Shown piece by piece: positions 1 to 11,549 of a DNA stretch of 64,000 nucleotides. Positions within the stretch are counted from its first letter, which is position 1. Each line of letters starts with the position of its first letter. The DNA lies in NCBI GenBank assembly GCA_964016885.1, contig OZ024740.1:428358001-428422000 (forward strand). The letters run 5' to 3'. Source of the DNA: Eledone cirrhosa (taxonomy: Eukaryota). Under the pieces are notes generated by a model that was not told the origin of the DNA, ran no database searches, and saw only the letters and a list, made by a program, of their open reading frames with translations. Both the position numbers and the translations under genes were made by a program.

Positions 1-3000
1 CTTGTTCTTCTCTCACTCTCTTGGTCTTCTCTCTCTCTCTTGGTCTTCTCTCTCTCTCTTGTTCTTCTCTCTCTCACTTGGTCTTCTCTCTCTATCTTGG
101 TCTTCACTCTCTCTCTCTTGGTCTTCTCTCACTCTCTTGGATTTCTCTCACTCTCCTGGTCTTCTCTCTCTCTCTTGGTCTTCTCTCTCTCTCTTGGTCT
201 TCTCTCTCTTTCTCTCTCTCTCTTGTTCTTCTCTCTATCTCTTGGTCTTCTCTCATTCTCTTGGTCTTCTATTCTATCTCTCTAGGTCTTTCTCTCTCTT
301 GGACTTCTCTCACTCTCTTGGTCTTCACTCTCACTCTCGTGGTCTTCTCTCTCTCTCTCTTGGTCTTCTCTCTCTCTCTTGGTCTTCTATCTCTCTCTTG
401 TACTTCTCTCACTCACTTGGTCTTCTCTCTCTCTCTTGGTCTTCTCTCACTCTCTTTGGCTTCTCTCTCTCTCTTGTTCTTCACTCTCTCTCTTGGTCTT
501 CACTCACTCTCTTGGTCTTCTCTCACTCTCTTGGTCTTCTCTCTCTCTCTTGGTCTTCTATCTCTCTCTTGTTCTTCTCTCACTCTCTTGGTCTTCTCTC
601 ACTCTCTTGGTCTTCTCTCACTCTCTTGGGCTTCTCTCCCTCTCTTGTTCTTCACTCTCTCTCTTGGTCTTCACTCACACTCTTGGTCTTCTCTCACTCT
701 CTTGGTCTTCTCTCTCTCTCTTGGTCTTCTCTCACTCACTTGGTCTTCTCTCACTCTCTTGGACTTCTCTCACTCTCTTGGTCTTCTCTCTCTCTCTTGG
801 TCTTCTCTCACTCACTTGGTCTTCTCTCACTCTCTTGGATTTCTCTCACTCTCTTGGTCTTCTCTCTCTCTCTTGGTCTTCTCTCACTCACTTGGTCTTC
901 TCTCACTCACTTGGTCTTCTCTCACTATCTTGGACTTCTCTCACTCTCTTGGTCTTCTCTCTCTCTCTCTCTCTCTCTCTCGGTCTTCTCTCTCTCTCTT
1001 GGTCTTCACTCACTCTCTTGGTCTTCTCTCACTCTCTTGGTCTTCTCTCACTCTCTTGGACTTCCCTCACTCTCTTGGTCTTCTCTCACTCTCTTGGTCT
1101 TCTCTCTCTCGTTTGGTCTTCTCTCTCTCTCTTGGTTTTCTCTCTCTCTCTTGGTCTTCTCTCTCTTGGTCTTCTCTCACTCTCATGGTTTTCTCTCACT
1201 CTCTTGGTCTTCTCTCTCTCTCTTGGTCTTCTCTCTCTCTCTCTTGGTCTTCTCTCTCTCTCTTGGTCTTCTCTCACTCACTTGGTCTTCTCTCACTATA
1301 TGTGACTGCTCTCACTCTCTTGGTCTTCTCTCTCTCGCTCTCTCGGTCTTCTCTCTCTCTCTTGGTCTTCTCTCTCTCTCTCTCTTGGTCTTCTTTCTCC
1401 AACTTGGTCTTCTCTCTCTCTCTTGGTCTTCTCTCTCACTCTTTTGGTCTTCTCTCTCTCTCTCGGTCTTCTCTCTCTCTCTCTCTTGGTCTTCTCTCTC
1501 TCTCTTGGTCTTCTCTCACTCACTTGGTCTTCTCTCACTATCTTGGACTGCTCTCACTCTCTTGGTCTTCTCTCTCTCTCTCTCTCGGTCTTCTCTCACT
1601 CTCTTGGTCTTCTCTCACTCTCTTAGTCTTCTCTCTCTCTTGGTCTTCTCTCACTCTCTTGGTCTTCTCTCACTCTCTCTTGGTCTTCTCTCTCTCTCTT
1701 GTTCTTCTCTCTCTTACTTGGTCTTCTCTCTCTATCTTGGTCTTCACTCTCTCTCTTGGTCTTCTCTCACTCTCTTGGTCTTCTCTCTCTCTCTCTTGGT
1801 CTTGTCTCAATCAATTGGTCTTCTCTCTGTCTCTTGGTCTTCTCTCTCTCCCTCTCTTGTTCTTCACTCTCTCTCTTGGTCTTCTCTCTCTCACTTGGAC
1901 TTCTCTCTCTCTCTTCGTCTTCACTCACTCTCTTGGTCTTCTCTCTCTCTCTTGGCCTTCTCTCTCTCTCTTGGGCTTCACTCACTCTCTTGGTCTTCAC
2001 TCTCTCTCTTGGTCTTCACTCTCTCTCTTGGTCTTCTCTCTCTCTCTTGGTCTTCTCTCTCTTGGACTTCTCTCTCTTGGTCTTCACTCACTCTCTTGGT
2101 CTTCTCTCTCTTGCTCTTCTCTCTCTCTCTTGGTCTTTACTCTCTCTCTTGGTCTTCACTCTCCCTCTTGGTCTTCTCCCTCTCTCTTGTTCTTCACTCT
2201 CCCTCTTGGTCTTCTCTCTCTCTCTTGGACTTCTCTCTCTCTCTTGGTCTTCACTCACTTTCTTGGTCTTCACTCTCTCTCTTGGTCTTCACTCTCTCTC
2301 TGGGTCTTTTCTCACTCTCTTGGTCTTCACTCTCTCTCTTGGTCTTCACTCTCTCTATTGGTCTTCTCTCTCTCTCTTGGTCTTCACTCTCTCTCTAGGT
2401 ATTCACTCTCTCTCTTAGTCTTCTCTGTCTCTCTTGGTCTTCACTCTCTCTCTTCGTCTTCTCTCTCTCTCTTGGACTTCTCTCTTTCTCTTGGTCTTCA
2501 CAAACTCTCTCTCTTGGTCTTCACTCTCTCTCTTGGTCTTCTCTCTCTCTCTCTTGGTCTTCACTCTCTCTCTTGGTCTTCTCTCTCTCTATTGATCTTC
2601 TCTCTCTTTCTTGGTCTTCATTCTCTCTCTTGGTCTTCTCTCTCTCTCTTGGTCTTCACTCTCTGTCTTGGTCTTCTCTCTCTCTCTTGGTCTTCTCTCT
2701 CTCTCTCTTGGTCTTCTCTCTCTCTCTTGGTCTTCTCTCTCTCTCTTGGTCTTCACTCTCTCTCTCTTGGTCTTCTCTCTCTCTCTCTCTCTCTCTTGGT
2801 CTTCTCTCTCTCTCTTGGTCTTCTCTCTCTCTCTTGGTCTTGTATCTCTCTCTTGGACTTCTCTCTCTCTCTTGGTCTTCACTCACTCTCTTGGTCTTCA
2901 CTCTCTCTCTTGGTCTTCTCTCTCTCTCTTGGTCTTCACTCTCTCTCTTGGTCTTCTCTCTTTCTCTTGGCATTCTCTCTCTCTCTTGGTCTTCTCTCAC

Positions 3001-6000
3001 AATCCTTGTCTTCTCTCACTCTCTTGGTCTTCTATCTCTCTCTTGTTCTTCTCTCACTCACTTGGTCTTCTCTCACTCTCTTGGACTTCTCTCACTCTCT
3101 TGGCCTTCTCTCTCTCTCGTGGTCTTCACTCATTCTCTTGGTCTTCAATCTCTCTCTTGGTCTTCTCTCTCTCTCTTGGTCTTCACTCTCTCTCTTGGTC
3201 TTCTCTCACTCTCATGGTTTTCTCTCACTCTCTTGGTCTTCTCTCCCTCTCCTGGTCTTCTCTCACTCTCTCTTGGTCTTCTCTCTCTCTCTTGGTCTTC
3301 TCTCACTCACTTGGTCTTCTCTCACTATCTTGGACTGCTCTCACTCTCTTGGTCTTCTCTCTCTCCCTCTCTCGGTCTTCTCTCTCTCTCTTGGTCTTCA
3401 CTCACTCTCTTGGTCTTCTCTCACTCTCTTGGTCTTCTCTCACTCTCTTGGACTTCCCTCACTCTCTTGGTCTTCTCTCACTCTCATGGTCTTCTCTCAC
3501 TCTCTTGGTCTTCTCTCTCTCTCTTGGTCTTCTCACTCTCTTGGTCTTCTCTCTCACTCTCTTGGTCTTCACTCTCTCTCTTGGTCTTCACTCTCTCTCT
3601 TGGTCTTCTCCCTCTCTCTTGTTCTTCACTCTCCCTCTTGGTCTTCTCTCTCTCTCTTGGACTTCTCTCTCTCTCTTGGTCTTCACTCACTCTCTTGGTC
3701 TTCACTCTCTCTCATGGTCTTCACTCTCTCTCTTCGTCATCACTCTCTCTCTTGGTCTTTACTCTCTCTCTTGGTCTTCTCTCTCTCTCTTGGTCTTCTC
3801 TCTCTCTCTCTCTTGGTCTTCACTCTCTCTCTTGGTCTTCTCTCACTCTCTTGGTCTTCACTCTCTCTCTTGGTCTTCACTCTCTCTCTTGGTCTTCTCT
3901 CTCTCTCTTGGTCTTCACTCTCTCTCTAGGTATTCACTCTCTCCCTTAGTCTTCTCTGTCTCTCTTGGTCTTCACTCTCTCTCTTGGTCTTCACTCTCTC
4001 TCTTGGACTTCTCTCTCTCTCTTGGTCTTCACTCTCTCTCTTGGTCTTCTCTCTCTCTCTCTTGGTCTTCACTCTCTCTCTTGGTCTTCTCTCTCTCTAT
4101 TGATCTTCTCTCTCTCTCTTGGTCTTCACTCTCTCTCTTGGTCTTCTCTCTCTCTCTTGGTCTTCACTCTCTCTCTTGGTCTTCTCTCTCTCTCTTGGAC
4201 TTCTCTCACTCTCTTGGCCTTCTCTCTCTCTCTTGGTCTTCAATCATTCTCTTGGTCTTCAATCTCTCTCTTGGTCTTCTCTCTCTCTCTTGGTCTTCAC
4301 TCTCTCTCTTGGTCTTCACTCTCTCTCTTGGTCTTCTCTCTCTCTCTTGGTCTTCACTGTCTCTCTTGGTCTTCTCTCTCTCTCTTGTTCTTCTCTCACT
4401 CTCTTGGTCTTCTCTCTCTCTCTTGGTCTTCTCTCTCTCTTGTTCTTCTCTCTCTCTCTCTTGGTCTTCACTCTCTCTCTTGGTCTTCACTCTCTCTCTT
4501 GGTCTTCTCTCTCTCTCTTGGTCTTCTCTCTCTTGGATTTCTCTCTCTCTCTTGGTCTTCACTCACTCTCTTGGTCTTCTCTCTCTCTCTTGGTCTTCTC
4601 TCTCTTGGACTTCTCTCTCTCTCTTGGTCTTCACTCACTCTCTTGGTCATCACGCTCTCTCTTGGCCTTCACTCTCTCTCTTGGTCTTCACTCTCTCTCT
4701 TGGTCTTCTCCCTCTCTCTTGTTCTTCACTCTCCCTCTTGGTCTTCTCTCTCTCTCTTGGACTTCTCTCTCTCTCTTGGTCTTCACTCACTCTCTTGGTC
4801 TTCACTCTCTCTCTTGGTCTTCTCTCTCTCTCTTGGTCTTCACTCTCTCTCTTGGTCTTCTCTCTTTCTCTTGGCATTCTCTCTCTCTCTTGGTCTTCTC
4901 TCACAATCCTTGTCTTCTCTCACTCTCTTGGTCTTCTCTCTCTCTCTTGGTCTTCTCTCACTCACTTAGTCTTCTCTCTCTCTCTTGGTCTTCTCTCACT
5001 CACTTGGTCTTCTCTCACTCTCTTGGACTTCTGTCACTCTCTTGGCCTTCTCTCTCTCTCTTGGTCTTCACTCATTCTCTTGGTCTTCACTCTCTCTCTT
5101 GGTCTTCACTCTCTCTCTTGGTCTTCTCTCTCTTGGTCTTCACTGTCTCTCTTGGTCTTCTCTCTCTCTATTGTTCTTCTCTCTCTCTTGGTCTTTTCTC
5201 TCTCTCTTGGTCTTCACTCTCTCTCTTGGTCTTCTCTCTCTCTATTGTTCTTCTCTCTCTCTCTCTTGGTCTTCTCTCTCTCTCTCTCTTGGTTTTCACT
5301 CTCTCTCTGGGTCTTCTCTCTCTCTCTTGGTCTTCACTCACTCTCTTGGTCTTCACTCTCACACTTGGTCTTCTCTCTCTCTCTTGGTCTTCTCTCACTC
5401 TCCTGGTCTTCTCTCACTCTCTTGGTCTTCTCTCACTCACTTGGTCTTCTCTCTATATCTTGGACTTCTCTCACTCTCTTGGTCTTCGCTCTCTCTCTCT
5501 CTTCGTCTTCTCTCTCTCTCTTGGTCTTCACTCACTCTCTTGGTTTTCTCTCACTCTCTTGGTCTTCTCTCATTCTCTTGGACTTCCCTCACTCTCTTGG
5601 TCTTCTCACACTCTCTTGGTCTTCTCTCTCTCTCTCTTGGTCTTCTCTCTCTCTCTCTTGGTCTTCGCTCTCTCTCTTGGTCTTCTCTCTCTTGGTCTTC
5701 TCTCACTCTCATTGTCTTCTCTCACTCTCTTGGTCTTCTCTCTCTCTCTCTTGGTCTTCTCTCTCTCTCTTTTGGTCTTCTCACTCTCTCACATGTTCTT
5801 CTCTATCTCATTTGGTCTTCTCTCTCTCTCTTGGCCTTCTCTCTCACTCTCTTGATCTTCTCTCACTCTCTTGGTCTTCTCTAACTCTCTTGGTCTTCTC
5901 TCACTCTCTTAGTCTTCTCTCTCTCTCTCTTGTTCTTCTCTCACTCTCTTGGTCTTCTCTCTCTCTCTTGTTCTTCTCTCTCTCACTTGATCTTCTCTCT

Positions 6001-6889
6001 CTAGCTTGGTCTTCACTCACTCTCTTGGTCTTCACTCTCTCTCTTGGTCTTCTCTCTCTCACTTGGACTTCTCTCTCTCTCTTGGTCTTCACTCACTCTC
6101 TTGGTCTTCTCTCTCCCTCTTGGCCTTCTCTCTCTCTCTTGGTCTTCACTCACTCTCTTGGTCTTCACTCTCTCTCTTGGTCTTCACTCTCTCTCTTGGT
6201 CTTCTCTCTCTCTCTTGGTCTTCTCTCTCTTGGATTTCTCTCTCTCTCTTGGTCTTCACTCACTCTCTTGGTCTTCTCTCTCTCTCTTGGTCTTCTCTCT
6301 CTTGGACTTCTCTCTCTCCCTTGGTCTTCACTCACTCTCTTGGTCTTCACGCTCTCTCTTGGTCTTCACTCTCTCTCTTGGTCTTCACTCTCTCTCTTGG
6401 TCTTCTCCCTCTCTCTTGTTCTTCACTCTCACTCTTGGTCTTCTCTCTCTCTCTTGGAGTTCTCTCTCTCTCTTGGTCTTCACTCACTCTCTTGGTCTTC
6501 ACTCTCTCTCTTGGTCTTCACTCTCTCTCTTGGTCTTAACTCTCTCTCTTGGTCTTCACTCTCTCTCTTTGTCTTCTCTCTCTCTCTTGGTCTTCTCTCT
6601 CTCTCTCTCTTGGTCTTCACTCTCTCTCTTGGTCTTCTCTCACTCTCTTGGTCTTCACTCTCTCTCTTGGTCTTCACTCTCTCTCTTGGTCTTCTCTCTC
6701 TCTCTCTTGGTCTTCTCTCTCTCTCTTGGTCTTCTCTCTCTCTCTTGGACTTCTCTCTCTCTCTTGGTCTTCACTCACTCTCTTGGTCTTCACTCTCTCT
6801 CTTGGTCTTCTCTCTTTCTCTTGGCATTCTCTCTCTCTCTTGGTCTTCTCTCACAATCGTTGTCTTCTATCACTCTCTTGGTCTTCTCT

Positions 6890-9800
6890 CTCTCTCTTGG
6901 TCTTCTCGCACTCATTTGGTCTTCTCTCTCTCTCTTGGTCTTCTCTCACTCACTTGGCCTTCTCTCACTCTCATGGACTTCTCTCACTCTCTTGACCTTC
7001 TCTCTCTCTCTTGGTCTTCACTCATTCTCTTGGTCTTCAATCTCTCTCTTGGTCTTCTCTGTCTCTCTTGGTCTTCACTCTCTCTCTTGGACTTCACTCT
7101 CTCTCTTGGTCTTCTCTCTCTATCTTGGTCTTCACTGTCTCTCTTGGTCTTCTCTCTCTCTATTGTTCTTCTCTCTCTCTTGGTCTTTTCTCTCTCTCTT
7201 GGTCTTCACTCTCTCTCTTGGTCTTGTCTCTCTCTATTGTTCTTCTCTCTCTCTCTCTTGGTCTTCTCTCTCTCTCTTGGTTTTCACTCTCTCTCTTGGT
7301 CTTCTCTCTCTCTCTTGGTCTTCACTCACTCTCTTGGTCTTCTCTCTCTCTATTGTTCTTCTCTCTCTCTCTCTTGGTCTTCTCTCACTCTCTTGGTCTT
7401 CACTCTCACACTTGGTCTTCTCTCTCTCTCTTGGTCTTCTCTCACTCTCTTGGTCTTCTCTCTCTCTCTTGGTCTTCACTCTCTCTCCATTGGTCTTCAC
7501 TCACTCTCTTGGTTTTCTCTCACTCTCTTGGTCTTCTCACACTCTCTTGGTCTTCTCTCACTCGCTCTTGGTCTTCTCTCTCTGTCTTGGTCTTCTCTTT
7601 CTCTCTTGGTCTTCTCTCTCTCTCTCTCTCTTGTTCTTCTCTCTATCTCTTGGTCTTCTATTCTATCTCTCTTGGTCTTTCTCTCTCTTGGTCTTCTCTC
7701 ACTCTCTTGGTCTTCACTCTCACTCTCTTGGTCTTCTCTCTCTATTGGTCTTCTCTCTCTCTCTTGGTCTTCTATCTCTATCTTGTTCTTCTCTCACTCA
7801 CTTGGTCTTCTCTCTCTCTCTTGGTCTTCTCTCACTCTATTGGTCTTCTCTCACTCTCTTGGTCTTCTCTCACTCTCTTGGGCTTCTCTTTCTCTCTTGT
7901 TCTTCACTCTCTCTCTTGGTCTTCACTCACTCTCTTGGTCTTCCCTCACTCTCTAGGTCTTCTAACTCTCTCTTGGTCTTCTCTCACTCACTTGGTCTTC
8001 TCTCACTCTCTTGGCCTCCACTCACTCTCTTGGTCTTCTCTCACTCTCTTGGTCTTCTCTCTCTCTCTTGTTCTTCTCTCACTCTCTTGGACATCTCTCA
8101 GTCTTTTGGTCTTCACTCACTCTCCCGGTCTTCACTCACTCTCTCTTGGTCTTCTCTCACTCTCTTGGTCTTCTCTCACTCTCTTGGTATTCTCTTTCTC
8201 TCTCTATCTTGGTTTTCTCTCTCTCTTGGTCTTCTTTCACTCTCTCGGTCCTCTCTCTCTTGGTCTTCTCTCACTCTCTTGGTCTTTTCTCTCTCTCTCT
8301 CGGACTTCTCTCACTCTCTCTTGGTCTTCTCTCACTCTCTTGGTCTTCCCCCACTCTCTTGGTATTCTCTCTCACTCTTGGTCTACTCACTCTCTCTTGC
8401 TCTTCTCTCACTCTCTTGGTCTTCTCTCTCTCTCTTGGTCTTCTCTTTCTCTCTTGGTCTTCTCTCTCTCTCTCTCTCTTGTTCTTCTCTCTATCTCTTG
8501 GTCTTCTATTCTATCTCTCTTGGTCTTTCTCTCTCTTGGTCTTCTCTCACTCTCTTGGTCTTCACTCTCACTCTCTTGGTCTTCTCTCTCTCTTGGTCTT
8601 CTCGCACTCATTTGGTCTTCTCTCTCTCTCTTGGTCTTCTCTCACTCACTTGGCCTTCTCTCACTCTCATGGACTTCTCTCACTCTCTTGACCTTCTCTC
8701 TCTCTCTTGGTCTTCACTCATTCTCTTGGTCTTCAATCTCTCTCTTGGTCTTCTCTGTCTCTCTTGGTCTTCACTCTCTCTCTTGGACTTCACTCTCTCT
8801 CTTGGTCTTCTCTCTCTATCTTGGTCTTCACTGTCTCTCTTGGTCTTCTCTCTCTCTATTGTTCTTCTCTCTCTCTCTTGGTCTTTTCTCTCTCTCTTGG
8901 TCTTCACTCTCTCTCTTGGTCTTGTCTCTCTCTATTGTTCTTCTCTCTCTCTCTCTTGGTCTTCTCTCTCTCTCTTGGTTTTCACTCTCTCTCTTGGTCT
9001 TCTCTCTCTCTCTTGGTCTTCACTCACTCTCTTGGTCTTCTCTCTCTCTATTGTTCTTCTCTCTCTCTCTCTTGGTCTTCTCTCACTCTCTTGGTCTTCA
9101 CTCTCACACTTGGTCTTCTCTCTCTCTCTTGGTCTTCTCTCACTCTCTTGGTCTTCTCTCTCTCTCTTGGTCTTCACTCTCTCTCCCATTGGTCTTCACT
9201 CACTCTCTTGGTTTTCTCTCACTCTCTTGGTCTTCTCACACTCTCTTGGTCTTCTCTCACTCGCTCTTGGTCTTCTCTCTCTGTCTTGGTCTTCTCTTTC
9301 TCTCTTGGTCTTCTCTCTCTCTCTCTCTCTTGTTCTTCTCTCTATCTCTTGGTCTTCTATTCTATCTCTCTTGGTCTTTCTCTCTCTTGGTCTTCTCTCA
9401 CTCTCTTGGTCTTCACTCTCACTCTCTTGGTCTTCTCTCTCTATTGGTCTTCTCTCTCTCTCTTGGTCTTCTATCTCTATCTTGTTTCTTCTCTCACTCA
9501 CTTGGTCTTCTCTCTCTCTCTTGGTCTTCTCTCACTCTATTGGTCTTCTCTCACTCTCTTGGTCTTTCTCTCACTCTCTTGGGCTTCTCTTTCTCTCTTG
9601 TTCTTCACTCTCTCTCTTGGTCTTCACTCACTCTCTTGGTCTTCCCTCACTCTCTAGGTCTTCTAACTCTCTCTTGTCTTCTCTCACTCACTTGGTCTTC
9701 TCTCACTCTCTTGGCCTCCACTCACTCTCTTGGTCTTCTCTCACTCTCTTGGTCTTCTCTCTCTCTCTTGTTCTTCTCTCACTCTCTTGGACATCTCTCA

Positions 9801-10280
9801 GTCTTTTGGTCTTCACTCACTCTCCCGGTCTTCACTCACTCTCTCTTGGTCTTCTCTCACTCTCTTGGTCTTCTCTCACTCTCTTGGTATTCTCTTCTCT
9901 CTCTATCTTGGTTTTCTCTCTCTCTTGGTCTTCTTTCACTCTCTCGTCCTCTCTCTCTGGTCTTCTCTCACTCTCTTGGTCTTTTCTCTCTCTCTCTTGG
10001 ACTTCTCTCACTCTCTCTTGGTCTTCTCTCACTCTCTTGGTCTTCCCCCACTCTCTTGGTATTCTCTCTCACTCTTGGTCTACTCACTCTCTCTTGCTCT
10101 CTCTCCTCTCTTGGCTTCTCTCTCTCTCTTGGTCTTCTCGTTTCTCTCTTGGTCTTCTCTCTCTCTCTCTCTCTTGTTCTTCTCTATATCTCTTGGTCTT
10201 CTATTCTATCTCTCTTGGTCTTTCTCTCTCTTGGTCTTCTCTCACTCTCTTGGTCTTCACTCTCACTCTCTTGGTCTTCT
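6890..10280 (+). repeat. Higher-order tandem duplication, period ~1696-1698 bp (~6890-8590 / ~8590-10280)
   Basis: Marker CTCGCACTCATTTGG occurs at 6905 and 8601. Equivalent ORFs lie at 7011/8707 and 7234/8932. The CCCCCA marker occurs at 8348 and 10045. Confidence 0.85.
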
Positions 10281-10980
10281 CTCTCTATTGGTCTTCTCTC
10301 TCTCTCTTGGTCTTCTATCTCTATCTTGTTCTTCTCTCACTCACTTGGTCTTCTCTCTCTCTCTTGGTCTTCTCTCTCACTATTGGTCTTCTCTCACTCT
10401 CTTGGTCTTCTCTCACTCTCTTGGGCTTCTCTTTCTCTCTTGTTCTTCACTCTCTCTCTTGGTCTTCACTCACTCTCTTGGTCTTCCCTCACTCTCTAGG
10501 TCTTCTAACTCTCTCTTGGTCTTCTCTCACTCACTTGGTCTTCTCTCACTCTCTTGGCCTCCACTCACTCTCTTGGTCTTCTCTCACTCTCTTGGTCTTC
10601 TCTCTCTCTCTTGTTCTTCTCTCACTCTCTTGGACATCTCTCTCTCTTTTGGTCTTCACTCACTCTCCCGGTCTTCACTCACTCTCTCTTGGTCTTCTCT
10701 CACTCACTTGGTCTTCTCTCACTCTCTTGGTATTCTCTCTCTCTCTCTATCTTGGTTTTCTCTCTCTCTTGGTCTTCTTTCACTCTCTCGGTCCTCTCTC
10801 TCTTGGTCTTCTCTCACTCTCTTGGACTTCTCTCACTCTCTCTTGGTCTTCTCTCACTCTCTTGGTCTTCCCCCACTCTCTTGGTATTCTCTCTCACTCT
10901 TGGTCTACTCACTCTCTCTTGCTCTTCTCTCACTCTCTTGGTCTTCTCTCTCTCTCTTGGTCTTCTCTCACTCTCTTGGT
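9300..10980 (+). repeat. Tandem duplication, period ~825-845 bp, overlapping the 1.7-kb repeat
   Basis: CTATTCTATCTC occurs at 9357 and 10201 (also 7658 and 8506). TCTAGGTCTTCTAAC occurs at ~9654 and ~10495. CCCCCA occurs at 10045 and 10870. Confidence 0.8.
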
Positions 10981-11549
10981 CTTCTCTCTCTCTCTTGGTC
11001 TTCACTCTCTCTCCATTGGTCTTCACTCACTCTCTCTTGGTCTTCTCGCACTCTCTTGGTCTGCTCTCTCTCTCTCTTGGTCTTCTCTCTCTCTCTTGGT
11101 CTTCACTCTCTCTCCATTGGTCTTCACTCACTCTCTTGGTTTTCTCTCACTCTGTTGTTCTTCTCACACTCTCTTGGTCTTCTCTCTCTCCCTTGGTCTG
11201 CTCTCTCGCTCTTGGTCTTCTCTGTCTCTCTCTTGGTCTGCTCTCTCTATCTTGGTCTTCTCTCTCTCTCTTGGTCTTCTCTCACTCTCTTGGTCTTCTC
11301 TCTCTCTCTTGGTCTTCTCTAACTCTCTTGGTCTGCTCTCTCTCTCTCTCTTGGTCTTCTCTCTCTCTCTTGGTCTTCACTCTCTCTCCATTGTTCTTCA
11401 CTCACTCTCTTGGTTTTCTCTGACTCTCTTGGTCTTCTCTCTCTCTCTTGGTCTTCTCTCACTCTCTTGGTCTTCTCTCTCTCTCTTAGACTTCTCTCAC
11501 TCTCTTCGTCTGCTCTCTCTCTCTCTCTTGGTCTTCTCTCCCTCTCTTG

